A model generated the notes under the pieces. That model searched no databases and was not told the origin of the DNA. It was given only the letters and a program-made list of their open reading frames with translations. The translations under genes and the position numbers were made by a program. From Cerasibacillus terrae (GTDB taxonomy: Bacteria; Bacillota; Bacilli; Bacillales; Amphibacillaceae): DNA of 32,000 nt. This document shows positions 17,535-26,588 of the stretch, in pieces. How positions within the stretch are numbered: the stretch's first letter is position 1; every line of letters begins with the position of its first letter. The stretch covers positions 86,132 to 118,131 of the forward strand of contig NZ_VDUW01000004.1 in NCBI RefSeq assembly GCF_008039555.1, in the 5' to 3' direction.

Positions 17535-19022
17535 CTATTGGCCACCAAATTGTGACAATAATTGCATCGATTGTTGATTCATTCGTTGAACAGCCTTTTC
17601 CATTGCTGTGAACTGTCTCCAATAACGATCTTCTACGTGGACTAGTTTTTTCTCAAATGCGGAAATACGATTATTTAAATCCTTCATATTTTTCCCGAGA
17701 GTATAGCCTTCTAATGTGCTATAGCTTTTTCCTGCTCGTTCCTCTATGTTTTTCATAGTTCCTTGGATAGAATCTTCTAATCGATTGATTAGCCCTCGGT
17801 CTGGTCCATCCACATTATTAGAAAATAGCTTTTCCACACTCTGTGGATCCTCACGTAATGCTTCTTTTAATTTGTCCTCATCAATTTCTAGTTTTCCACC
17901 ATCTAGATAGCTTTTTGTTGTTGTAATACCGACTTGTGATAAGTGAGTGTATTCTCCATCTGTTTTTACTCCAGTGTACCAACTTTGGCGCATGGAAGAT
18001 AAGCTATCCGAGATAATCGATTCTCCTCGCAAAATACCACTTTTTGCTTTTTCCTCCCACATTTCAATTTGTTTTTCTGACATTTCTTCTTTTTGTGCTT
18101 CTGTTAATGGCTTATAATCACGATATCTTTCTTCCCGCTGTGTACCATTTAATTGATCAACCACTTCATTATATTTATCAACAAATTCTTTTATTTTTTC
18201 AAAAGAGGCATCCACATCATTATCCACCGTTATAATCGCCGGTGAATTCTGTTCTGTTTCGTTCGTAAAGTTAAATGTAATTCCGTTTAATGTATAGTTA
18301 TTGTCTTTTGATTCTAGTTTTAATTGATCGTTATATGTAAATTCAGCATTTGTTCCACCAGTTTCGTTTGAAGGATCTAATTTTAAAAAATCAGCAAAAA
18401 AAGCATTATTCTTTGAATCAAAGACAATTTCAGGGGCTTTTTCTCCTGACTCAGCTTGATTATAATCACCAGTTCGTGTCGTTTCTAAAATAACTCGGTT
18501 GTGTTGTTCATCATAAAACATACGCACATTATTGTCTTTTTCTGTTATCCGTTTCATCACATCATTTAATGTGTCACCTTGTTTTATTTCAAACGTATGT
18601 GTTTCTTTTTCTCCTTCTTCATCATATGTATAGAACTCATGTGTTCCTAAATATGCATCTAATTCCGCATTTGGCTTAAAATCGCCATCTAGTGGTTCTC
18701 CAATATTCATCGCTGCTGTAGCTAATTTCTCTACTTCAATCTTAAATGTTCCATTCGAAGCACTAGAAGAAGCAGATGCAGTAACAGCTCCTACTTGGGA
18801 AGATGTTACGTTTTTTGGATTATATGTTTTACTTAGTTTCATATCTAAAATCATATCATCTAATTCTTTTAGCTTGAGATTGATATCACGAAATGCATTT
18901 CGTTTCCATGTTAATGTAGTTTTGTCTTGTTCCATCCGGTCAAGTGGCATTCGTTCCGCCGTCATTAATTTTTCAATGATTTCATCGACATTCATCCCTG
19001 ATGCAAGTCCACCAATGCGCAT
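17535..19022 (-). CDS. fliD: Flagellar filament cap protein FliD
   Basis: ORF 17535..19031. The start is reset to ATG 19022 (MRIGGLASGMNVDEIIEKLM), 8 nt after AAGGAG, giving 495 aa. Confidence 0.92.
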   Translation of the reverse strand: MRIGGLASGMNVDEIIEKLMTAERMPLDRMEQDKTTLTWKRNAFRDINLKLKELDDMILDMKLSKTYNPKNVTSSQVGAVTASASSSASNGTFKIEVEKLATAAMNIGEPLDGDFKPNAELDAYLGTHEFYTYDEEGEKETHTFEIKQGDTLNDVMKRITEKDNNVRMFYDEQHNRVILETTRTGDYNQAESGEKAPEIVFDSKNNAFFADFLKLDPSNETGGTNAEFTYNDQLKLESKDNNYTLNGITFNFTNETEQNSPAIITVDNDVDASFEKIKEFVDKYNEVVDQLNGTQREERYRDYKPLTEAQKEEMSEKQIEMWEEKAKSGILRGESIISDSLSSMRQSWYTGVKTDGEYTHLSQVGITTTKSYLDGGKLEIDEDKLKEALREDPQSVEKLFSNNVDGPDRGLINRLEDSIQGTMKNIEERAGKSYSTLEGYTLGKNMKDLNNRISAFEKKLVHVEDRYWRQFTAMEKAVQRMNQQSMQLLSQFGGQ

Positions 19023-19036
19023 GACAATCACTCCTT

Positions 19037-19384
19037 CTAAATTTTCTTATCAATTAACAGTCCCATAAAGTCTGCCATCGCAGCATACATATCTAAAAAT
19101 TTCTTCGGTGGGATTTCACGTATTACTTCATCTGTCATCGGGTTAATTACTTCTACATAGTATTCATTCAGCTCATCATGGAGCGTGAATTTTAAGTTTG
19201 TGCGTAATGGCTCCATGAAACGATTTAGATTATTTACTGTTCTTTCTACGTCTTCTGGTTTCACAGTAGCTATTCTAGGTTGATAATCATGTTCTTCTTG
19301 CTTTATGAAAGATTGTTGGTTAAAGTGAGGGTTATTAGAAATTTGATTATTTAACTGATGAATCACATGATCAATTTGCATCAA
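19037..19384 (-). CDS. flaG: FlaG family flagellar protein (YvyC-like)
   Basis: 115 aa with a FlaG-type C-terminus (LKFTLHDELNEYYVEVINPMTDEVIREIPPKKFLDMY). TTG 19384 is 7 nt after AGGAGA, and ATG 19381 is 10 nt after it. Confidence 0.85.
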   Translation of the reverse strand: MMQIDHVIHQLNNQISNNPHFNQQSFIKQEEHDYQPRIATVKPEDVERTVNNLNRFMEPLRTNLKFTLHDELNEYYVEVINPMTDEVIREIPPKKFLDMYAAMADFMGLLIDKKI

Positions 19385-19415
19385 CTACGCATCTCCTATA
19401 CCGTCGTTTTCCTTT

Positions 19416-19443
19416 ATATCGGTATAATTTAAAGAATAGTTTA
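19416..19443 (-). promoter_or_regulatory. Sigma-D (sigma-28)-type promoter in the csrA-flaG gap
   Basis: Minus strand TAAA (19443-19440), a 16-nt spacer, then aCCGATAT (19423-19416). The consensus is TAAA-N15-GCCGATAT. The -10 core CCGATAT is perfect and the spacer is one nt long. Confidence 0.55.
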
Positions 19444-19452
19444 GGTTTTATT

Positions 19453-19680
19453 TCATTCTTCTTTAGTCCCACTAAGTAGACGTAAAACATCTAAAGAAAG
19501 TTTAGCTGCTTCATTATTTTGTTTTTGGATTTCAACATAAATTTCTTTCCGGTAAATATCAACACCAGAGGGAGCTTTTATACCAAGTTTTATTTGCTCG
19601 CCTTCTATCGCAAGTATTTTTATTTCGATATCTTCTCCGATTTGGATGGACTCATTCTTTTTTCGGGATAAAACTAGCAT
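19453..19680 (-). CDS. csrA: Carbon storage regulator CsrA, FliW-partnered flagellar type
   Basis: 75 aa, [48 protein letters not shown], with a C-terminal extension. RBS AAAGGGGAG. It starts 2 nt after the fliW stop codon. Confidence 0.95.
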   Translation of the reverse strand: MLVLSRKKNESIQIGEDIEIKILAIEGEQIKLGIKAPSGVDIYRKEIYVEIQKQNNEAAKLSLDVLRLLSGTKEE

Positions 19681-19682
19681 GA

Positions 19683-20123
19683 TTACTCCCCTTTCTCTTT
19701 AGTTGATTTAATAGATGCCTTGACCGGGAAATGGTTCTCATTAAGAATATATTGTTTTCCAATCTTTATTGTTGCATTCATAATGATTGGTGCTTTTAAA
19801 TTAAGTGTGCTCTGATCAAACGGGTCTTTTATCGTAACAATTGAAAGAACCATAACATCTGCTTCTGTTTGGATTCGTAATTGCTCTATGATTTGCTTAT
19901 CTAAATGAAACGTATATTCCGCATAAAAATGATATGGGTTTGTTACAATAAAGGCTATTTCACTTGTTTTTACAGATTGTAAAGTTTGAAAGACAGGATT
20001 TCCGGGTAAATCTAACAATACAAATTTTGTTTCTTTCGGAAAACCTGGTAATCCATTAGGAAAATGGAGAACTTTATCGGGGTCGATCGTAACTTCACCT
20101 AAATATCTTGTATGTAATTTCAT
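19683..20123 (-). CDS. fliW: Flagellar assembly factor FliW (CsrA antagonist)
   Basis: 146 aa with FPNGLPGF, then VLLDL and QSV, typical of FliW. It lies immediately upstream of csrA. Confidence 0.92.
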   Translation of the reverse strand: MKLHTRYLGEVTIDPDKVLHFPNGLPGFPKETKFVLLDLPGNPVFQTLQSVKTSEIAFIVTNPYHFYAEYTFHLDKQIIEQLRIQTEADVMVLSIVTIKDPFDQSTLNLKAPIIMNATIKIGKQYILNENHFPVKASIKSTKEKGE

Positions 20124-20152
20124 TTTTTATCTACCTTTCAGGGAATATATTG

Positions 20153-20728
20153 TTATACATAGGTAACACCAAATTCGATATTTTCATATTGTTCCATGGA
20201 TATATCGACACGGCCTGGCTTATAGTGATGTTCTGGGCTACTTATTTCTGCATGAATGATTGGTTTATTTGCTTGACTTGATACATGTACTTCACCTGGT
20301 TCATAGTGAATGTTTAGAGAAGATGGAGAAGGAATAAATGTAATACCAAGCTGTTTTTTTACTTCTCCACTGTTTATTATCGCTTGATTTGCTATTGGAT
20401 TTCCTTGGTGCTCAATTTTCATTAATTCCTGTCCTTGTTCTGCTCGCCTCCCCATTCCTTCAAGCCAACCTTCATACCCAGCTTCCGCATGTTTTTCTGT
20501 TCGACGTAAAATATTCATTAAATCCATATCTTCCCATGCCTTTGTTTGATCAATTGTTAATTTACTTGGAGTTGCTTCCATTTGTAAATCTGCCTTTGGT
20601 TGCTTTATTGTGAGATTTGCTTTAGGCTGTTTTATTTCTTGCACACCTGGTATTTGCTTTATCCCAATTTTAGCCATTTGCGTTCTAATCTGTATTTGTG
20701 GTAATTTCATTGACTCACCGCCATTCAT
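20153..20728 (-). CDS. yviE: YviE-like protein (DUF6470-type) of the late flagellar operon
   Basis: ORF 20153..20755 begins at TTG. ATG 20728 (MNGGESMKLPQIQIRT) is 8 nt after GGGAGGG and gives 191 aa. It sits between flgL and fliW as in B. subtilis. Confidence 0.75.
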   Translation of the reverse strand: MNGGESMKLPQIQIRTQMAKIGIKQIPGVQEIKQPKANLTIKQPKADLQMEATPSKLTIDQTKAWEDMDLMNILRRTEKHAEAGYEGWLEGMGRRAEQGQELMKIEHQGNPIANQAIINSGEVKKQLGITFIPSPSSLNIHYEPGEVHVSSQANKPIIHAEISSPEHHYKPGRVDISMEQYENIEFGVTYV

Positions 20729-20773
20729 AACAAAAGCCCTCCCATTAAATTTCAAGGACAGGGCTTCTAAACA

Positions 20774-21643
20774 TTATCTTAAAAAGTCTAATAGGGTTGG
20801 TTGAATGGTTCTTGAACCAGCAGATAAAGATGCACGTAAAATACTTTCTTGCGTAATCAGTTGCGTAATTACTACTTCATAATCGATATCTTCATTATTT
20901 GACATCATTTTTTTCGCAACAATTTCTTGATGTCCTAATCTATCTTCAATCAAATCTAGTCGATTCATTCGGGCACCCAAATCTGCTCGGGCATTAACAA
21001 CATTGTCCATTTGCGCTTGAAGTTCACCAATACTTTTTTCAATATTATCCCGTTCATTATCATTTAATGCATGAATAAAATCTTCTACTGTGGCAAATAA
21101 TCCAGAGTTATCTTCGCCTAAAATATCTTCTGGTAAAACATTTACTTGCAATTTTGTTCCAGATGCTACTTCTATAAAAACAGAATCATTATTCCGGTTT
21201 TCCTTCTCAATTGGTGATTGGTCTGTTTGAATTCCATTAAAAATATACTTTCCACCAACTTTTGTATTTGCGATGTCTTTCAAATGCTCTTTCAACTGTT
21301 CCGCTTCTTTCGCCATATTGATACGCTCTTTTTCACTATAGGAATCTGTACTACCTTGAACAGATAAATCATATAATCGTTCTAGAGCTTTCGACATTTT
21401 ATCTAATGCTTCATCTGAGTTATCCATCCAGTTTTGGGCTTCTCCTACATTATTTTTGTATTGTTCAATTTTACTTACTTCTGAACGATAGCCCATTCCT
21501 TTCATTGCAACGACAGGGTCTTCCGATGGGCGTGTTATTTTTTTACCGGTATGTAGCTGTTCCATATATTTATTGAGTTTATCGTAGTTATTTGATAAAT
21601 TACGGAGCATTTGATTGGATAGCATATTTTGAGTTACACGCAT
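20774..21643 (-). CDS. flgL: Flagellar hook-filament junction protein FlgL (HAP3)
   Basis: 289 aa with a flagellin-like N-terminus (MRVTQNMLSNQMLRNLSNNYDKLNKYMEQLHTGKKITRPSEDP) and C-terminus. It follows flgK. Confidence 0.9.
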   Translation of the reverse strand: MRVTQNMLSNQMLRNLSNNYDKLNKYMEQLHTGKKITRPSEDPVVAMKGMGYRSEVSKIEQYKNNVGEAQNWMDNSDEALDKMSKALERLYDLSVQGSTDSYSEKERINMAKEAEQLKEHLKDIANTKVGGKYIFNGIQTDQSPIEKENRNNDSVFIEVASGTKLQVNVLPEDILGEDNSGLFATVEDFIHALNDNERDNIEKSIGELQAQMDNVVNARADLGARMNRLDLIEDRLGHQEIVAKKMMSNNEDIDYEVVITQLITQESILRASLSAGSRTIQPTLLDFLR

Positions 21644-21654
21644 TTTCTATCTAC

Positions 21655-23112
21655 CTACCTTCCTACGATTCCCATTCCATTTATAATTCGATCAATCATT
21701 TCGTCAATCGTTGTTATATTCCTTGCTGCAGCATTGTACGCATGTTGAAATTTAATTAAATTAGAAATTTCTTCATCTAAAGATACAGAGCTTACCGACA
21801 TACGTTGCCCATCAATTTGTGTTTTTAAAATATCCGTGTTTTTTGCCATTGTATTGGCCTTTTGAGCTTTAACACCCATTTCACCAATCAATGCTTGATA
21901 AAAGCCATTGATGGACGTATTTTCTCCTAATGCTGTATTTTCAAGTGGTTCATAAAGTATTTCTGCTAACTTTAACGCGTTAGAACCATCACCTTTTTTA
22001 TCATCCCTACCTGACACAGCGATAAGTGTGGGATCCTTTAAAATATCAGGATTGACCTCTAAGTCGCCAGAAGTTTCACCCTTAAAAAAGTCCACACCAT
22101 TCTCACCATTCAAATCATATCCTGCCTGATGAATAGCATTAAATTGTTCTTGAAGAACCTTCGCCATTTCATCCATTTTCATTTTCATTTCTGGATAATG
22201 GTCATCATATGCATGAATTAACGCATTCAAGGAACCATTATCTCCTGAAATAGGAAACCCCATTTCTCCAACTGATACGGAGGAGGGATCGGTGCTATTA
22301 TATGTAAGCTTTTGAAGTTCTCCTTTTTCACCATCAACTAGTTTTACACCAAGTTTTTCACCTTGACTACCTATTAACTCAATTGTCGCAATACCATCAG
22401 CATTATCTTTCGAACTTGGTGAACTTTTTCGATAGGAAACTTCTATATTCACAATTTGGGAAAGTTCATCAATTAAACGGTCACGCTCATCATACAAGTC
22501 ATTTGCCACATAGCCGTGCGGTTCAATTTGTTGAATTTGTTGATTCAGTTCCCCGATACGTTCTATTAAGGAATTTGCATCTTTTACGGTTACATCAATT
22601 TGATTATTTAAATCGGAGCGGATAGATTCTAAAGTGTTAGAGATATAGTTAAATGTTTCTGCAACTGCTTGTCCACGTTGCGCCACAACAGAACGTGCAC
22701 CGGTATTTTCAGGATTATTTCCAAGCACCTGTAGCGCATCCCAAAATTCATTCATCGTATGAGATAATCCGTTTTCAGAAGGCTCATTCATTAATTCTTC
22801 CATACGGGAAAACGCTTCAGTGGCCGTATTCCAATAGCCTGCTTTACTATTTTCAGAACGGTATTGCGCATCTAAATATTGTGTACGTATCCGATCGATA
22901 GATCCTGCTTCTACCCCTGTTCCAATTTGACCAGGAATTTGTGGCTGATTTCTACCTGGCACAGGATAAGGGGTTGTCGTTTGAAAGTTCACTCGCTGTC
23001 TTGTATATCCTTTTGTATTCGCATTTGCAATATTATGTCCTGTCGTGTGAATTGCTGACTGCTGTGTAAACATCGCTCGTTTTGCCATTTCTAAACCATG
23101 AAAAGTCCCCAT
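21655..23112 (-). CDS. flgK: Flagellar hook-filament junction protein FlgK (HAP1)
   Basis: 485 aa, FHGLEMAKRAMFTQQSAIHTTGHNIANANTKGYTRQRV, with C-terminal SGVSLDEE-like SSVSLDEEISNLIKFQHAY. RBS AAGGAG 9 nt upstream. Confidence 0.93.
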   Translation of the reverse strand: MGTFHGLEMAKRAMFTQQSAIHTTGHNIANANTKGYTRQRVNFQTTTPYPVPGRNQPQIPGQIGTGVEAGSIDRIRTQYLDAQYRSENSKAGYWNTATEAFSRMEELMNEPSENGLSHTMNEFWDALQVLGNNPENTGARSVVAQRGQAVAETFNYISNTLESIRSDLNNQIDVTVKDANSLIERIGELNQQIQQIEPHGYVANDLYDERDRLIDELSQIVNIEVSYRKSSPSSKDNADGIATIELIGSQGEKLGVKLVDGEKGELQKLTYNSTDPSSVSVGEMGFPISGDNGSLNALIHAYDDHYPEMKMKMDEMAKVLQEQFNAIHQAGYDLNGENGVDFFKGETSGDLEVNPDILKDPTLIAVSGRDDKKGDGSNALKLAEILYEPLENTALGENTSINGFYQALIGEMGVKAQKANTMAKNTDILKTQIDGQRMSVSSVSLDEEISNLIKFQHAYNAAARNITTIDEMIDRIINGMGIVGR

Positions 23113-23125
23113 CTACTCTCACTCC

Positions 23126-23614
23126 TTATGCCTTTGAATCAAAAACAGAACGCTTCTCTATATTTGGTTCTTCTTGATTTCCATAATTTATATTTGTAAT
23201 CGTAGGATTTAACATATCTAACGAAAAATGAACAAAATGTAACGCCTGTTTTGTTAATGTTTGATTTAACTGTTCTTGCTGCCTTAATTGGGTCAACTGT
23301 TCTGTTAGTGCATCTGTTAATTGCTTTAATTCTTGTTTTTCCTTGTCATTATCAAGACATCGTAAAATAGAAATAATTGTATGTTCGGATATGGTTGGCT
23401 GATATTTTTCAAACCATGCCTGAACATTTTCTCTCCGTTCTGCTTCTGTCTGTTCTAATTGTTGAATCTTTTTTCTCTCTTCTATCATAATTCTTTGCAA
23501 ATTTTCTATTCTGTTCTGTTTAATTGCCTCTGTTTTTTGCTTAGATAATTCCAGTAATCGGTCATGAATCATAATTAACTTTTGCAGCGATGTAAAAATC
23601 GGTTTTATAGACAT
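23126..23614 (-). CDS. flgN: FlgN-family chaperone for FlgK/FlgL (YvyG-like)
   Basis: 162-aa Q/E-rich helical protein between flgM and flgK. Size and position match B. subtilis yvyG/flgN. Confidence 0.8.
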   Translation of the reverse strand: MSIKPIFTSLQKLIMIHDRLLELSKQKTEAIKQNRIENLQRIMIEERKKIQQLEQTEAERRENVQAWFEKYQPTISEHTIISILRCLDNDKEKQELKQLTDALTEQLTQLRQQEQLNQTLTKQALHFVHFSLDMLNPTITNINYGNQEEPNIEKRSVFDSKA

Positions 23615-23645
23615 TGGTAATCTTCCCCTTTAATTGGAGATTTTT

Positions 23646-23909
23646 TTATTTTCCAGACCAAAAATCAATCATCTTTTTGGCGGTCTTTGTAAAATTAATT
23701 TCGTATTCACCTTGATCAATGGCTTGTTTGATTTGTTGTATATGGGACTCACGTTGTTTTTCCACATCTTTTTTTTGTTGCATTTTCTTAGCTTCTTCAG
23801 AAATTTCCAAATGATCTCCTTTGTTCTTTATTTGATTTGAATCTGTCTTATTTTTCAATATATCTTTATATGGATTAAAATTTGATTGATTTGTTCCATG
23901 TATTTTCAT
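23646..23909 (-). CDS. flgM: Anti-sigma-28 factor FlgM
   Basis: 87 aa with a C-terminal FlgM-type segment (IQQIKQAIDQGEYEINFTKTAKKMIDF). RBS GTGAGGTG. Confidence 0.88.
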   Translation of the reverse strand: MKIHGTNQSNFNPYKDILKNKTDSNQIKNKGDHLEISEEAKKMQQKKDVEKQRESHIQQIKQAIDQGEYEINFTKTAKKMIDFWSGK

Positions 23910-23934
23910 AAAAACACCTCACTAAAAGATCTAT

Positions 23935-24375
23935 TCAGTCAATTTCAGTTTTTTTGGTAAACTCATCGAAAATGACATACGTATTTTCACGTTCTTGTTT
24001 AAGTTTACTGTTTCTTTGTTCTATTTCTTTTTCTTGTTCATGTCTTTTTAAATCCATTTGTAATTCATTCACACAAGAATCACACAGTTCTCCTGTTGTA
24101 ATTTGCTTGCCACAACGCTCACAAGGGTAAGTGAGCTTTGGAAATTGTGATTGTCTTAGTCGATTTTCTTTTATGAATTTTATAATCAATGCTTCCTCTA
24201 TATTGGTTGCTTCAACAATTTCAATTAATGTAGCTTCTCTATTTGTTCGTTGACGTAAAAAGTCATATACAATACGGAATGCTTTTTCTTCTTCTTGATA
24301 ACATTTCCGACAAATATCACGTATCTCTTTCACAAAAACTGCACCACAACTAGAGCAATTTGCTAATTCTGGCAT
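23935..24375 (-). CDS. yvyF: Flagellar operon zinc-ribbon protein YvyF
   Basis: 146 aa with two CxxC pairs at each end (CSSCG..CRKC and CERCG..CDSC). It lies between comFC and flgM as in B. subtilis. Confidence 0.8.
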   Translation of the reverse strand: MPELANCSSCGAVFVKEIRDICRKCYQEEEKAFRIVYDFLRQRTNREATLIEIVEATNIEEALIIKFIKENRLRQSQFPKLTYPCERCGKQITTGELCDSCVNELQMDLKRHEQEKEIEQRNSKLKQERENTYVIFDEFTKKTEID

Positions 24376-24411
24376 TTCTCATTCCCCTTAATGTTTTAAT
24401 CTTATCACATA

Positions 24412-25098
24412 TTAACCTCTTATTAACGTATATCCGTACACTGACGGACAACCATTATCTTTTAAAATTTGTGCTACATGACGCAATGTAGTACCTGTTG
24501 TATATATATCATCGACAAGAATAACTGGTTTGTTAATAGGTTCTAGTAAATTAAATGGGTTTTCCGATTGAATTCGTTCCATTCTAGATTTTTTTGCTTG
24601 CTTTTCACTATTTACACGCTCTAAAATATTTATCTTGTCCTGCGTAATAAACGAAGTGAGAGCTTGTGCTTGATTAAACTTCCTTGTCGCTAGTCTTTCT
24701 TTGCTTAATGGGATGGGAATAATAATTGCTTCTTTCATTTGATTTTTAATGTATGTATTAAAATGACGTATAAATTCAGTTTGAAAGATTTCCACCAGCA
24801 CGTAGTCCCCACGATATTTCCACTTTGCAATAACTTCTTTCATAAACTCATTATAGGAATAAATAGAATAATTCTTTTCTAAGGGATCATTATTTTTTAA
24901 CAACTTTCCCCAATATTTACAATCCGTACAAATTTTACTTTTCGATTCTCTACTACACTTTTGACAACGATTTCCAGTTATTATTTGGAGTTTTCCTTTA
25001 CATGTTTTACATAATTTCTGTGGTTGTGATAAGGATAATAAATTACTCCATGTTGTTTCCGTAATCATTTCTGAAGCACACCATAAACAATAACTCAT
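24412..25098 (-). CDS. comFC: Competence protein ComFC (phosphoribosyltransferase-fold)
   Basis: 228 aa with N-terminal Cys clusters (CLWC..CKTC, CQKC..CTDC) and the PRT motif ILVDDIYTTGTT. Its ATG overlaps the comFA stop (ATGA). Confidence 0.9.
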   Translation of the reverse strand: MSYCLWCASEMITETTWSNLLSLSQPQKLCKTCKGKLQIITGNRCQKCSRESKSKICTDCKYWGKLLKNNDPLEKNYSIYSYNEFMKEVIAKWKYRGDYVLVEIFQTEFIRHFNTYIKNQMKEAIIIPIPLSKERLATRKFNQAQALTSFITQDKINILERVNSEKQAKKSRMERIQSENPFNLLEPINKPVILVDDIYTTGTTLRHVAQILKDNGCPSVYGYTLIRG

Positions 25099-26492
25099 TT
25101 AAACCCACCTCGCTTATTCATTAGCTGAATGGATTCTATAGCTTTTACCATTGCTTCTGTTTTTCCATCATGAAAAAATAACACTTCTCCAGTAGGATCT
25201 TGTGGACTTCTGCCAGCTCTTCCAGCAATTTGAACAAGAGCCGCTTCATCAAATACATCATGACCGGCATGCAGGACAGCTACGTCTATGGCCGGAAAGG
25301 TTACCCCACGTTCTAAAATCGTTGTTGTAAATAAAATATCAATTTCCTTTCTCCTAAATAACTCTACTTTTTCTTCTCGTTTTGAATCCTCCGCATGGAC
25401 AAATGTTGTTCGATATTCTGAAGTCTGTTGTTTAAATGTTTGATACATTTTTTCTGCAAGATTAATTGTCGGAAGAAAAATAAGTAATTGACGAGTTACA
25501 TTTTCTCTATTTCTTAACCAAGTTAGAAAAGTTGTTGGAAAGATTACTTTGTTAAGGTGATGTGTTAAAAAGAGACATAGTTTTAGTTGGGGAACGGGAA
25601 GAGGATGATTATGATAACGCTTTGGAACAAAGACATGGGGTAATTTTTTACTAACTATTCGGCTGTATTGTTCTTCACGTGGGGTTGCAGTTAAATAAAT
25701 TGTGGAGCCGTGCTTTTTTAGAGCACGTTTCGTGGCAAATGGTAAAGAGGAATCATGATGGTAGGGAAATGCATCAATTTCATCTATGATCATCATATCA
25801 AAGGCTTCCTTAAAACGTAGAAGTTGATGCGTTGTTGCGATAATGATTTGTCCGACCCCATCTTTATCTGTACTTCCACCGTATAAAGCTTCAATCGAAA
25901 TACCTGCAAAAGCTTGTTGAATTCTGGGCTTTAACTCACGTACTACATCTGCTCTAGGAGTTGTAATACAAATCCGTTTACCTAGTTTTAGAGCTTCAAT
26001 TATTCCCGGGAAAAGCATTTCTGTTTTTCCAGCTCCACAGACAGCCCAAACCAAGAGCTCCTCCCCACTCTTATGGATTGTTTGAACGATTTGTTTGGCA
26101 GCCTTTTGTTGGTCTTCTGTTAATTTTCCTTTCCAGGTACAAGGATTTTCATGTTTCAACCATACTGGAGTTTTTCCAACCCATTCATAAAGGGGCTCGC
26201 ACTTCATTACCCTTCCCATTTCAATACATTTTCGACAGTATAGATGTGTTTTTTGACAAATTGCACATGGTATTTCTGCAAACAGATTATTTTTTTGGTT
26301 GCCACAGCGAAGACATTCCGTATGAAACTTTTTATTTAAAATGGGTTGAATTGATTGGAGGAGATTATTTTTCAATAAATAGTCTATCATAAAATTTCCA
26401 AGAGGAATTTCATTTCTTAAAAGGAGTTTTCCTGTGAGTAGTTTCGCAAAATTCGACATATCATAAGGGGATTTTAGAGATAGTGATTTCAT
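25095..26492 (-). CDS. comFA: Competence helicase/translocase ComFA (DEAD-box-like)
   Basis: 465 aa with an N-terminal zinc-finger region (CLRCG..CAIC..CRKC), Walker A CGAGKTE, DEID, and motif VI QIAGRAGR. Confidence 0.9.
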   Translation of the reverse strand: MKSLSLKSPYDMSNFAKLLTGKLLLRNEIPLGNFMIDYLLKNNLLQSIQPILNKKFHTECLRCGNQKNNLFAEIPCAICQKTHLYCRKCIEMGRVMKCEPLYEWVGKTPVWLKHENPCTWKGKLTEDQQKAAKQIVQTIHKSGEELLVWAVCGAGKTEMLFPGIIEALKLGKRICITTPRADVVRELKPRIQQAFAGISIEALYGGSTDKDGVGQIIIATTHQLLRFKEAFDMMIIDEIDAFPYHHDSSLPFATKRALKKHGSTIYLTATPREEQYSRIVSKKLPHVFVPKRYHNHPLPVPQLKLCLFLTHHLNKVIFPTTFLTWLRNRENVTRQLLIFLPTINLAEKMYQTFKQQTSEYRTTFVHAEDSKREEKVELFRRKEIDILFTTTILERGVTFPAIDVAVLHAGHDVFDEAALVQIAGRAGRSPQDPTGEVLFFHDGKTEAMVKAIESIQLMNKRGGFK

Positions 26493-26528
26493 AAAATCAA
26501 CTCTTTTCTAATCGAATATGAGGGTTTT

Positions 26529-26556
26529 ACAGCTGCCAGAAATATCTAGCAGCTGT
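26529..26556. other. 8-bp GC-containing inverted repeat without a U-tract, between degV and comFA
   Basis: ACAGCTGC-N12-GCAGCTGT. The flanks are not T-rich on either strand, so it is not a canonical intrinsic terminator. Confidence 0.5.
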
Positions 26557-26588
26557 TAGGTATCTAAAAAATCATTGTATATTATAGT

